Source: a candidate division NPL-UPA2 bacterium Unc8 (lineage in GTDB: Bacteria > NPL-UPA2). Taken from it: 63,205 nt of DNA. The DNA lies in contig NDHY01000001.1 in the NCBI GenBank assembly GCA_003574845.1, forward strand, positions 135,043-198,247, in the 5' to 3' direction. A model generated the notes under the pieces. It had not been told where the DNA came from. It searched no databases and worked only from the letters and a program-made list of their open reading frames with translations. Shown one piece after another: positions 36,788 through 46,468 of the stretch (the first letter of the stretch is position 1; the number at the start of each line of letters is the position of its first letter). The position numbers and the translations under genes are program-made.

Positions 36788-37990
36788 TTATGCTAAATAC
36801 TTTGCAGTTTTTAGAGCATGGGCAAGGAGAAGCGACATTACCTCAACAGCGCCAAATCTTCCCAGCCCACCCATAGAGCAGGCGTTTTCTGAGAATTGCC
36901 TCACGCTATCTGGTCGGACCCATGTAGAATGAATAAGAATCGGAACTGGATGCCAGCTGTGCCTCTTTAAAATTGCTGGCGTCGAATGGTCTCCGGTAAT
37001 GGCAACAACGTCAGGGTTTAGCTCCATTAAAATCGGAATTTGCTTATCTATTTCCTCAATTATTTTTACTTTTTGGTCAAAGTTCCCATCCTCACCAGCA
37101 CTATCTGTGTCTTTGATGTGAAGATAGAAAAAATCATGCGACTGGAAATTTTCTTTCAATGTCTGAAACTCTCCTGCAATCCCTTCTGCTGCTCTTAGTA
37201 TCTCCATTCCAACAATCCTGGCTATCCCGCGGTACATTGGATAAAGAGCAATGGCCGCAGCATGCAACTTATAGATATCGTTAAATTGAGGTAGTTGAGG
37301 ATATTTAGCAAAGCCACGCAGCAAAACCATATTTGCCGGGTAAGAGCTCTTGAGCCGCTCCTTTGCCCTGTCAATAAATGAGTTAGCTACTTTGACGGTC
37401 TTCCCTGCGCTGGCGGAAAGCGCTGCCAGTGGCTGCGGCGGAACAGCTGTTGCCTGAGGGTCAGAGCCGCTTAATTCCTCGGAAAGCTCTTCACCGCGAA
37501 ATATTACTACTGCCCGATGTTCCTTCTCAGTTCTCAGAAAAAGTTCAACATCATCCAGGCTTATCCCCTCAAGCAGCTTGCAAAGCTCCCTGTTTTTTGC
37601 CGTGGAAATCCTCCCTGCCCTTCTATCAACAATTTTTCCCTCTTTATCAATGGTGGCAAAGTTCATCCTGACAGCGATATCTGATGGCTGCATATCAAAC
37701 CCCACTCCGGCGGCGGACAATGCTCCTCTTTCAATAATAAATCTGAAGGGGTCATATCCAAGCAATGCCAGATTAGCAGGCCCACTTCCCGGAGTAATCC
37801 CGCGGCCAACCGGATCAATTATTCCACAGATTGCATCTCTGGCTAATGCATCCAGATTGGGAGTATGTGCCTTCTCCAGTTCGGTTGCACCATTGACTGG
37901 CAGCCCTCCAATGCCATCAATGACAATAAGGACTATCTTTGAGGCATTGGAGATACTGAGCTTCTCTATAATCTCAAGAGAGGCTTTCAT
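36788..37990 (-). CDS. apgM: 2,3-bisphosphoglycerate-independent phosphoglycerate mutase (ApgM type)
   Basis: DGIGG, TPNLD, PGSGPANLALLGYDP, DRRAGRI, TGDHSTP. Confidence 0.92.
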   Translation of the reverse strand: MKASLEIIEKLSISNASKIVLIVIDGIGGLPVNGATELEKAHTPNLDALARDAICGIIDPVGRGITPGSGPANLALLGYDPFRFIIERGALSAAGVGFDMQPSDIAVRMNFATIDKEGKIVDRRAGRISTAKNRELCKLLEGISLDDVELFLRTEKEHRAVVIFRGEELSEELSGSDPQATAVPPQPLAALSASAGKTVKVANSFIDRAKERLKSSYPANMVLLRGFAKYPQLPQFNDIYKLHAAAIALYPMYRGIARIVGMEILRAAEGIAGEFQTLKENFQSHDFFYLHIKDTDSAGEDGNFDQKVKIIEEIDKQIPILMELNPDVVAITGDHSTPAILKRHSWHPVPILIHSTWVRPDSVRQFSENACSMGGLGRFGAVEVMSLLLAHALKTAKYLA

Positions 37991-38171
37991 TTAATATTCT
38001 GCGCTCTTTTTGCTTTGCTCTAAGTAATTTGCGGCGCCTTTGCTGGCTCGGCTTTTCATAATGCTCATGCTTCTTTAATTCCTTAAATAGCCCCTCCCGA
38101 TCCAGCTTTCTCTTAAAACGTCTCAGCGCCCTTTCCAGGGGCTCATCCCCCTTAATTCTGATAAACGGCAT
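37974..38171 (-). CDS. rpsU: 30S ribosomal protein S21
   Basis: EPLERALRRFKRK...HYEKPS. Confidence 0.95.
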   Translation of the reverse strand: MPFIRIKGDEPLERALRRFKRKLDREGLFKELKKHEHYEKPSQQRRRKLLRAKQKERRILNESLS

Positions 38172-38241
38172 AAATTATCTCACTCCTTTCAAAATTCTGA
38201 TTAACCAAATGATTGTACTCTACATAAACATTGCTGTCAAT

Positions 38242-39063
38242 TTATAAATTATCTCTTACATACTGGACGCCATTTCTAAAGAGCGCTATTCCATCTCCTT
38301 CCCGCGGAATTCCTGTTCCTCTTCTTATCAGCTCTTCCTTTTTCTTTGTCCAGTTAGGATGATTAATAAAGTAAAGGAATCTTTCAGGGTGTGGCATCAT
38401 CCCGAATATTCTTCCTGAAGGGTCGCAGATTGCAGCAATATCTCTTTCAGAGCCATTCGGATTATGGGGAAATTCTCCTTTAGCAGGTTCACCTTCTTCA
38501 TTAACATATTTAAAGACTATCTGTTGGCTCTCCTCCAGATTAGTAATGGTTTCTTTCTCGGCGAAGAATTTACCTTCCCCATGAGCTACAGGAAGATAGA
38601 TTCTCTCAATACCTCTGGTCCAGATGCACTTCTCACTCCACTTGCGGAGATGAACCCATCTTGCCTCAAAGCGCCCTGAGTCATTAAAAGTAAGAGTTGT
38701 TGCTTGAGTCACACAATCACTTATGTCAGGAAGCAAGCCCGCTTTAACCATCACCTGAAACCCGTTGCAAATACCGATAATAAGCTTTCCTTCGCTTATG
38801 AACTTTCTCACCTCATCGCCTAAATTTATCTTAATTTTATTAGCAAGGACCTTTCCTGAGGCAATATCATCACCGTAGGAGAACCCACCGGGAAGGGCAA
38901 GGATATGGAAGTTCTCAAGTCTATATTTAGAGTTTATCAGATTATTTATGTGCACCCGCTGCACCTGGGCGCCTGCCATTTCAAAGGCAAGCTTTGTCTC
39001 CCTGTCACAGTTGATTCCATAGCCAATCAAAACCAACACCCGCGGAGTTTTCACCAAAGACAA
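38242..39063 (-). CDS. purQ: FGAM synthase glutaminase subunit
   Basis: GINCDRET, PGGFSYGDD, GICNGFQ, AHGEG, NPNGS, MPHPER. Confidence 0.95.
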   Translation of the reverse strand: MSLVKTPRVLVLIGYGINCDRETKLAFEMAGAQVQRVHINNLINSKYRLENFHILALPGGFSYGDDIASGKVLANKIKINLGDEVRKFISEGKLIIGICNGFQVMVKAGLLPDISDCVTQATTLTFNDSGRFEARWVHLRKWSEKCIWTRGIERIYLPVAHGEGKFFAEKETITNLEESQQIVFKYVNEEGEPAKGEFPHNPNGSERDIAAICDPSGRIFGMMPHPERFLYFINHPNWTKKKEELIRRGTGIPREGDGIALFRNGVQYVRDNL

Positions 39064-39081
39064 CCTTCCTGTTTCTAAACC

Positions 39082-42000
39082 CTAAATAGCTATCAGCTCT
39101 TGTGCCTCTGTGCCTTTATATGCCTGCTTCAGGTCGCTGCTCCTTGCGCTAATAATTACTCTGCCATCAAGACCCTTGATTGCAAATTTTCCATTGCTCC
39201 TCAAACAGCCGATGGAGGCACATTCGCTCTCCCTCATCATCTCCTGGAAATCCCGCGCGTTTTTCGGCGATACGGTTATGATAAATCTTGATGCAGATTC
39301 AGAAAAGAGCAAGAAATCATCCCTTTCTACTCCTTTACGTGGAACCTTTGACAGGTCAACCTCCATCCCCAATTCTCCGGCAAAGGCAACTTTAGCAAGC
39401 CCTACCCCCAGTCCACCATCAGAGAGACTGTGAGCGGAGGAGATAATTCCTTCCTCTATTGCCCGGTATAGCCTCTGATATAATAGTTTTGCACGCTCTC
39501 CATTAACTACAGGAACTCTGCCTGCTTTGTGCTCCTCCCCCATCAAACAAAGGTACTCCGACCCTCCTAACTCAAGAGCCGTCTCTCCGAGTATATAAAT
39601 AATATCTTCCGGTGCTTTTCCGTCCATCGTAATACATTTTCGCACATCACTGATTATTCCAATTGCCGAGATAAGAAGTGTTGGAGGGACAGCTATTTTA
39701 AGAACCTTCCCCGCCTCACTAAATCCGTCAAAATCATTAAACATACTATCCTTTCCTGAAATAAAGGGAGTTCCAAACAAAATTGCATAATCATAGCAAG
39801 CCTGAGCCGCGCGCTTTAGCTCACCTAATCTCCATTCTTCTTCAGTTCTTGACCAGCAAAAGTTATCCAATAGCGCTATTCTATTAGGGTCGCTGCCGAT
39901 TGAGATGGCATTCTTTACGGCCTCATCAATACAGCAGGCTGCCATATGATAGGTATCTAAATCACTGTAATTAGGCTTTATGGCAGTGGTAATGGATACT
40001 CCCTGCCAGGAGTCAGCGAGCGGCTTAATAACGACGGCATCACTATGCACATCACACCTTACCCCTACCAGCGGCTTGATGACAGAGGTTCCCTGCACCT
40101 CATGGTCGTACTGACGAACGATGTGCTCTTTGCTGCATATATTTAATCTTGAAAGCATTTCTTTTAGAACTCCAGTCAGGTTCTGAGGCGGAGGGACCTC
40201 TACCATCCTTAGAGATGGAGGATGGAATACCCCGCGCATCCTCTTCTGTGGCAGTCCATTGTGAAGAAAATCAAGGTCAACAAACATTACTGTTTTTCCT
40301 TGATATTCTACGTGACATTTCCCGCTGTCAGTAAATTTTCCCAAAACCGTTCCTATAACATCCCACTTATGACACAGCTCCATAAACCTGGTAAGTTTTT
40401 CCGGCTCTATCGCCAATGTCATCCTTTCCTGTGCCTCGCTAATCCAGATCTCCCAGGGGTCAAGTCCGTCATATTTCAGTGGCGCTGCCGTCAAATTGAC
40501 AGTGCACCCTCCGCTTTCTTGAGCCATCTCGCCAATTGAGCAGGAAAGCCCACCTGCTCCATTGTCAGTAATGCTGTTGTAAAGGTCAAGGTCTCTTGCT
40601 TCTAAGAGCATATCACTCATTTTTTTCTGAGTAATGGGGTCGCCAATCTGCACTGCCGCTGCCGGACTTTCTTTCTGAAGGCTTTCTGAGGAAAATGTTG
40701 CCCCATGGATGCCGTCTTTTCCAATTTTTCCTCCTACCATCACAATTAAGTCTCCCGGCATCGCCTTTTTTTTATGCGATGGCTTTCCATTAATCACTGC
40801 CGGCATTATTCCTACCGTTCCTACATAAACGAGCGGCTTGCCGAGATATCGCTCATCAAACCTCAGGAATCCCCATGCAGTGGGAATTCCCGACTTATTT
40901 CCTCCGTCCTCAACGCCTTTTCGGACTCCATCAAGAATCCTGCGTGGATGCAGCAATGGATTTTTCCCGTTTTTATCCCGACAGGGCAGTTCCTTCTCAT
41001 AATTCGGAGGGGCAAGGCAATAACCATAAATATTCAGTATTAGCCTTGACCCCTTTCCAGTTCCAAGCGGGTCGCGGTTAACTCCGACAATCCCCGTTAT
41101 GGCTCCACCATAGGGGTCAAGCGCAGATGGACTGTTGTGTGTCTCTACTTTGAAGGTAAGATTCCAATTCTCATTAAATCTAACGATGCCTGAATTATCC
41201 GTGAACACCTGGACGCACCAGTCATTTTCCCCCGCTTTTTTTCTGATTTCATGTGTTGCTCCTTTAATGTAAGTTTTGAACAATGAATCAATTAGTTCCG
41301 GTTCTCTTTTGCCGTTCTCCTCATATGCAAGAAGTCCGTTAAAAATTTTGTGCTTGCAATGCTCGGATTGCGTCTGAGCAATGGATTCTAATTCAATATC
41401 AAGAGGGTTCTTCCCAAGCCCGACTTCCTTACGTGCAGCAATGACATTGCCTCTGTTAAAATAATCTCTTATGGTGCGCATCTCAGGCAGGCTCAGCGCT
41501 AATGGCCCGCGGCTTCCTTCTTTCCCCATAATCCCGTCTTTTCCAATTCTCTCTAACTCTGCATCGCTTACACCTAAATTGACTTCAATAACTTGCGGTC
41601 CATCACTGAGTTGTACGTGGGGTATGTAGGGCTCTGCTTCTCCCCTCCCCTCTATAGTGCGCCTATCAATTATCTTCCAGCGCTGAATTAATTCATTGGC
41701 GAGGAAGTCTCTAACAATGCGTTCTACTTCTGCCTGTTTTAGCCCTCCGCTGATCAGATATTCTCTGGAAGCATAAACGCTTTGCCTGGCAGTAAAGCTT
41801 ACCCCTAACAATTCTTCAATTGCCTCACGGGCAGTGTGCCCGACAGGGTCGGTAACACCAGGGCGGCAACCAACCTCCACAAGCCAGTCAAAATTTTTCG
41901 TTAGTGACTTGCACGAGGATATCTGAACCAATGGGTCAGTAAATATTTCCTTGCGCACATGCTCTAACTCCGAATATGACAGTTCTTTATCAATAGTATA

Positions 42001-42123
42001 GACTTCAACCGTTCCTACTTTATCTACCTTGAGCTTCAGATGCTTTAGGATTTCCTCCTTGACCCTCTCGCCCAGGGTATCTCTCGCCTCATCCTTAAAA
42101 TAGACCCTGATTATAGAAGCCAT
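39082..42123 (-). CDS. purL: FGAM synthase PurL with fused N-terminal PurS-like region
   Basis: SEHCKHKIF, KVETHNSPS, DGIHGATF, DNGAGG, SEAQERM, QYDHEVQ, SGKDSM. Confidence 0.95.
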   Translation of the reverse strand: MASIIRVYFKDEARDTLGERVKEEILKHLKLKVDKVGTVEVYTIDKELSYSELEHVRKEIFTDPLVQISSCKSLTKNFDWLVEVGCRPGVTDPVGHTAREAIEELLGVSFTARQSVYASREYLISGGLKQAEVERIVRDFLANELIQRWKIIDRRTIEGRGEAEPYIPHVQLSDGPQVIEVNLGVSDAELERIGKDGIMGKEGSRGPLALSLPEMRTIRDYFNRGNVIAARKEVGLGKNPLDIELESIAQTQSEHCKHKIFNGLLAYEENGKREPELIDSLFKTYIKGATHEIRKKAGENDWCVQVFTDNSGIVRFNENWNLTFKVETHNSPSALDPYGGAITGIVGVNRDPLGTGKGSRLILNIYGYCLAPPNYEKELPCRDKNGKNPLLHPRRILDGVRKGVEDGGNKSGIPTAWGFLRFDERYLGKPLVYVGTVGIMPAVINGKPSHKKKAMPGDLIVMVGGKIGKDGIHGATFSSESLQKESPAAAVQIGDPITQKKMSDMLLEARDLDLYNSITDNGAGGLSCSIGEMAQESGGCTVNLTAAPLKYDGLDPWEIWISEAQERMTLAIEPEKLTRFMELCHKWDVIGTVLGKFTDSGKCHVEYQGKTVMFVDLDFLHNGLPQKRMRGVFHPPSLRMVEVPPPQNLTGVLKEMLSRLNICSKEHIVRQYDHEVQGTSVIKPLVGVRCDVHSDAVVIKPLADSWQGVSITTAIKPNYSDLDTYHMAACCIDEAVKNAISIGSDPNRIALLDNFCWSRTEEEWRLGELKRAAQACYDYAILFGTPFISGKDSMFNDFDGFSEAGKVLKIAVPPTLLISAIGIISDVRKCITMDGKAPEDIIYILGETALELGGSEYLCLMGEEHKAGRVPVVNGERAKLLYQRLYRAIEEGIISSAHSLSDGGLGVGLAKVAFAGELGMEVDLSKVPRKGVERDDFLLFSESASRFIITVSPKNARDFQEMMRESECASIGCLRSNGKFAIKGLDGRVIISARSSDLKQAYKGTEAQELIAI

Positions 42124-42145
42124 TTTTTATTCTCTGGTATAATTC

Positions 42146-42433
42146 TCATTCAATAATTCTTGGCACTTTGAAATACTTTCCTTTAGTTGCAGGGGCATTG
42201 GCAAGCGCATCTTTAACAGGAAGGGAGTCTTTCACCTCATCCTTGCGCATGATGTTCTGAAGAGGAACAATATGAAGAGCTGGCTCTACGCCTTCAGTGT
42301 TTAGTTCGTTCAATTTCTCAATATATTTTAAGATTTGACCTAATTGCCGCCCAAACCTCTCCTTTTCTTCTTCGTTCAGTTTCAGGCGAGCAAGCCTTGC
42401 TATATGCTCAACCTCTTTTTTCTCAATCTTCAT
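42146..42433 (-). CDS. gatC: Asp/Glu-tRNA amidotransferase subunit C
   Basis: VEHIARLARL, LNTEGVEP, FKVPRIIE. Confidence 0.95.
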   Translation of the reverse strand: MKIEKKEVEHIARLARLKLNEEEKERFGRQLGQILKYIEKLNELNTEGVEPALHIVPLQNIMRKDEVKDSLPVKDALANAPATKGKYFKVPRIIE

Positions 42434-42447
42434 TGACTCTCTACTCT

Positions 42448-43302
42448 CTAACTCTCCTGTAAGATGTCTGCAAGTCGGGCAAATTCGGTGGCGCTAAGTG
42501 TTTCCGGGCGGCGCCTGAAATCAATCCTAACTTTCGTTAACCTTTCCCTGAGCTGTTCTCTTCTCCAATTAAGATGATAGAGCAGCGCATTCTCTATTGT
42601 TTTTCTTCTTTTGCTAAAAGAGGCTCTGACAATAGAGAAAAAGAAATCCTTGTCTCTTGTCTTTACCAGCGGATGCGGCATTACAACCAACTTTAAGAGA
42701 GCAGAATCAACCTGCGGCTGTGGGAAAAAAGCCTTTTTCTCTACTTTGCAAATTAGTTCCGCAATGCAGTAGTACTGGCAGGCAATAGAAAAAGCTCCAT
42801 AGGACTTCGTTCCAGGGTGGGCGGTTATCCTCTCTGCCAGTTCTTTCTGCACCAAAATCACCAATAGGTTAGGTGCGGGCTTTTGCTGAAGGAGGTTAAT
42901 AATAATAGGGGTAATGATGTAATAAGGAAGATTGGCGACTACTTTAACTGCACTAAACGTTGAAGGTTTCACGCCTGGCAATTCAAGAAGCCCCTTGAGC
43001 CCTATTTTAAGGATATCCCCCCGCACAATTCTAATATTGTCAAATTGAGCGAGCCGCTCGGCAAGTAAAGGACTCAGTCGCTCATCAATCTCAATGGCAA
43101 TGACCTTTGCAGCGAGCGGGGCAATTCTCTCGGTCAAGCTTCCGGTCCCGGCTCCAATCTCAATCACCAGGTCATTTTTAGTTAACTCACTTGTCTCAAG
43201 TATTTTTTCAAATGCCCGATTGTCAATAAGAAAATTTTGCCCTAACTTCTTCCGCGGTCGTATTCCATATCTTTTTAGAAGCTTTCTCTCATCCTCAATC
43301 AT
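42448..43302 (-). CDS. rsmA: 16S rRNA adenine dimethyltransferase
   Basis: KKLGQNFL, EIGAGTG, ANLPYYIT, FFPQPQVDSA. Confidence 0.95.
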   Translation of the reverse strand: MIEDERKLLKRYGIRPRKKLGQNFLIDNRAFEKILETSELTKNDLVIEIGAGTGSLTERIAPLAAKVIAIEIDERLSPLLAERLAQFDNIRIVRGDILKIGLKGLLELPGVKPSTFSAVKVVANLPYYIITPIIINLLQQKPAPNLLVILVQKELAERITAHPGTKSYGAFSIACQYYCIAELICKVEKKAFFPQPQVDSALLKLVVMPHPLVKTRDKDFFFSIVRASFSKRRKTIENALLYHLNWRREQLRERLTKVRIDFRRRPETLSATEFARLADILQES

Positions 43303-44245
43303 GAAGCTCCATTAACATAATTCGGACATATGACTTATTCCTCAGAGCATCCAGCCATTCCTGGTAACGTTGCCTCATTTTGCGAGCAAAAAGAGTTCTC
43401 CTGATTTCTCTCTCCACCTCTGCTAACTCTTTCTGCCGCTCCTCATAGCGGGCATCCAATCTGAAAATGTGCACTCCACCCGGGGTTACGACGAGGTCAC
43501 TGAACTCACCTACCTCCAGAGCAAAGACAATTTCTCCAATCTCAGGAGGCAACTCCCTCCGCGTAATTAGCCCTAACGTTCCTCCAGCCTCAGCCGTTGG
43601 TCCATCGGAATGCTCTCTGGCAAGAGAGGCAAAATCCGCCCCTTCTCCTAACTTCTCCAGTAACTCAGCACCTTTTTTCTCTGCCTCTGCCAGCCAGCGG
43701 TCTTCCCCTACCCTGATAAGAATCTGGCTTATTTCTACCTGTGGAGGCACCCGAAATATCTCTTTATTTTTCAGGTAGGATGCCTCTATTTCTTCGTCCT
43801 CAATCCGGATATGATCACTCACTTCCCTTTTAACCAACGTTGCAACGGCAATCTCTTCGGCAATATTTTTGCGAAATTCTTCTTCGGTAAGCCCCTGTGC
43901 TTGAAGAGCAAGCTGAAACTCTTCTTCTGATGCAAATCTTTCTTTAATTGTGCTTATCCCTTGCTCAACTTTTTCTTGAGTTACTTCTATACCTCTTTTT
44001 TTTACCTCATTCTGCAGGAGTTTCTGCTCAATGAGCCTATCAAGGGCATAAACTTGAACAGCATCCATTTTCTCCCCTGGTATCCATTCTGCTGCTTCAC
44101 CCAGGTTAGCGGCAATGAACTCTTTCAGCTCGCTCATCATAATGATTTCATCCTCAACTACCGCAACAATCCTCTCTACTATCCTTGCCTCACTGACCCC
44201 CGCCAGAAAGAGGAAAAATAATATCCCACAGAGTATTTTTTTCAT
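43295..44245 (-). CDS. surA: SurA-family chaperone / PPIase
   Basis: Signal peptide; RIVAVVEDEII; rotamase FASLAREHSDG..GGTLG; surA-rsmA order. Confidence 0.8.
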   Translation of the reverse strand: MKKILCGILFFLFLAGVSEARIVERIVAVVEDEIIMMSELKEFIAANLGEAAEWIPGEKMDAVQVYALDRLIEQKLLQNEVKKRGIEVTQEKVEQGISTIKERFASEEEFQLALQAQGLTEEEFRKNIAEEIAVATLVKREVSDHIRIEDEEIEASYLKNKEIFRVPPQVEISQILIRVGEDRWLAEAEKKGAELLEKLGEGADFASLAREHSDGPTAEAGGTLGLITRRELPPEIGEIVFALEVGEFSDLVVTPGGVHIFRLDARYEERQKELAEVEREIRRTLFARKMRQRYQEWLDALRNKSYVRIMLMELHD

Positions 44246-44257
44246 AACATCTCCTCC

Positions 44258-44453
44258 TGAATTCTAAATAGCTATCAGCTATCAGCATTCAGCCTTCCAA
44301 TTTTCAATTTCTAATTTTCAATTAATTTTCAATGACCCAATTTCCAATTTCCAATTTCTAATTTTCAATTTTGCATTGTAATTTTGACTTTTGATTTTGT
44401 TTCGAGTTTCGAGTTTCGTATTTAGAGTTTAAGCTTCTCTGTGTCTCTGTGCC
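44258..44453. repeat. Patchwork of different 7/8-mer tandem arrays
   Basis: gctatca, aattt(t/c)c, tttcgag and ctctgtg(t/c) arrays in series. Confidence 0.8.
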
Positions 44454-44575
44454 TTTATTTTTTATGTTACCACAGTTTCTGGAGAAAAGCCAGTTTTTTA
44501 TGCCTTTGCGTTTGACAAAGTCATAGGTAAAGTGTTAAAAAAGAAGGTAACGGTTTACGGATTCAAGGTGAATGG

Positions 44576-44803
44576 ATGCCAGTTCTTAAAAGTCGCTTGA
44601 ATACTAAAAGCAAGGAATACCAGGAGAATTTCCTCTATCATAAGAGTCTGGCTAATGAACTAAAGGAGCGCCTTGCTCAAGTGCAGCGAGGCGGTCCGGA
44701 AAAGGCGGTCCGACTTCACCAAAAGCGCAACAAGCTACTGGCAAGAGAGCGAATAACTCGTCTTATAGATTCGGATTCACCTTTTATGGAATTGTCTCCT
44801 CTG
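44576..44803 (+). pseudogene. 5' remnant of an acyl-CoA (methylcrotonyl-CoA-type) carboxyltransferase
   Basis: GGPEKAVRLHQKRNKLLARERITRLIDSDSPFMELSPL, then runs into IS sequence. Confidence 0.75.
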
Positions 44804-44837
44804 GAAAGTTATAATGTTCTCCAAAAAGGAGGGCATT

Positions 44838-45958
44838 ATGGACAAAAAGGACATTATCAGGATGACTGGCGAGGAATTAAGAAAGATAAACGTAATAAAT
44901 CAAGCTATGGAGGGATTAATAACACAAACGAAAGCTGCCGAGAAGATCGAAATATCTGATAGGCAGGTAAGGAGACTCATTAAGAGGGTAAGAGAAGAAG
45001 GTGACACTGGGATTATACATAAATCCAGAGGCAAGCCAGGGCACAGAAGGATTGATGAGGAGATAAAAGCTAAAGCCATAGAGCTTTGTAAAGAGAAGTA
45101 CCGGGACTTTGGTCCTACCTTTGCTAGCGAGAAGCTTTATGAGTTGGATAAGATTAAGGTGCACCATGATACCCTCAGACGTTGGCTGATAATTCAAATA
45201 AAAGACAGGTGGGATTGGCAGCGCAAAGCCCGACCCCACCGACAGTGGAGACAAAGGAAAGATTATTTTGGTGAGATGGTACAGATAGATGGTTCTCATC
45301 ATGATTGGCTGGAAGAGAGAGGGCCGAGGTTAGTATTTATGGGATATATAGACGATGCTACAAGCACCGCATTTGCAGGATTTTATGACTATGAGGGTAC
45401 CCTACCTGCCATGGATAGTTTCAAGCGTTACATTGAAAAATACGGTCTTCCCCAGAGCATCTATCTTGACAATCATACCACCTACAAATCTCCGAGGAAA
45501 CAGACAATACCTGTCTGCGTGTCCGCACAGGCAGGGAGGAGCAACTCAGGAACGAGACACCAATGACTCAATTTGGAAGAGTGATGAAGGAGCTAAAGAA
45601 GATCCTTTGTGTGAGAACAAAGAGAACTCTTCGTAATGATGCAGTAATAAGGCATAACAACAGATTCTATCAGGTAGAAGCTCTTCTTAGAAGGAGAATA
45701 AAGGCAGTTATGGTGGAGGATAGATTAGATGGTTCTATGCACATAAGGAACAACGGGCAGTACCTGAAGTACAGCGAGATAGCCCCGGGTTTTATCAGAA
45801 GATCAGATGGTGATAGGAAGCTAATTGACAGGCCAAGAAAGATTTACATTCCGCCTAAAGATCATCCATGGAGAAGATTTAAGCTGAAAGGTTCTCTACC
45901 GAGCAACAGTTATCAGCAAAAACAACACGCTCTCAAAAAAGAAGAAGAACTAAATTAA
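44838..45958 (+). pseudogene. ISNCY/IS1202-like DDE transposase, frameshifted and internally deleted
   Basis: DFGPTFASEKL, GEMVQIDGSHHDW, IDDAT, YGLPQSIYLD, TQFGR, PPKDHPWR; the PQAKGRVER region is absent. Confidence 0.85.
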
Positions 45959-45969
45959 CAAACAATGAA

Positions 45970-46047
45970 AATAGGACATTTTAAATTTGCTAAGAATAGG
46001 ACATTTTAAATAAGTTAAGAAAGGGACATTTTAAATAAGTCTTGACA
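45970..46047. mobile_element. IS right end with three subterminal repeats
   Basis: ggacattttaaat x3, ending ...cttgACA. Confidence 0.75.
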
Positions 46048-46062
46048 AACGTGATTTTTTTC

Positions 46063-46128
46063 TTGACAGAGATATAGGGGTATGGTACAAGTGAATGTTA
46101 GTTTGCATTTTGTATGTAAGAGTTATAG
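46063..46128 (+). promoter_or_regulatory. groES promoter and degenerate CIRCE-like site
   Basis: TTGACA-17 bp-TACAAG; TTTGCATTT-N9-GAGTTATAG at 46102-46128. Confidence 0.4.
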
Positions 46129-46156
46129 AGAGTAAATGAAAGGAGGGATAAGGTAG

Positions 46157-46447
46157 ATGAAAGCACAGCCATTGGGTGATCGGATCGTAGTGAAGCAGGT
46201 TGAAGAAGAAGAGGTAAAAAAGGGAGGGATTATTATCCCTGACGTTGCCAAGGAGAAGTCACAGCGCGGCGAGGTCAAGGCGGTTGGTCCCGGAAAGAAG
46301 AACGAAGATGGAAAGGTTATTCCATTAGAAGTAAAGGTTGGAGACAAAATTTTCTTCAGTAAATACGGCGGAACGGAAGTAGAGATTGATGGCAAAGAAT
46401 ACGTCATAATGAGAGAAGATGACGTTTTGGCAATTATTACTGGTTAG
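46157..46447 (+). CDS. groES: Co-chaperonin GroES
   Basis: [23 protein letters not shown]. Confidence 0.98.
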   Translation: MKAQPLGDRIVVKQVEEEEVKKGGIIIPDVAKEKSQRGEVKAVGPGKKNEDGKVIPLEVKVGDKIFFSKYGGTEVEIDGKEYVIMREDDVLAIITG

Positions 46448-46468
46448 AAAGGAGGTTAGAAGGAAAAG

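Noticed and set aside
39082-42123. Long PurL with fused PurS-like region and separate PurQ
   Set aside because: A known architecture variant, not novel.
42146-42433. gatC without gatA/gatB
   Set aside because: Split gat operons are common; the partners are probably elsewhere in the genome.
44576-44959. 127-aa ORF as an intact gene
   Set aside because: Chimera of a carboxyltransferase remnant and out-of-frame IS sequence.
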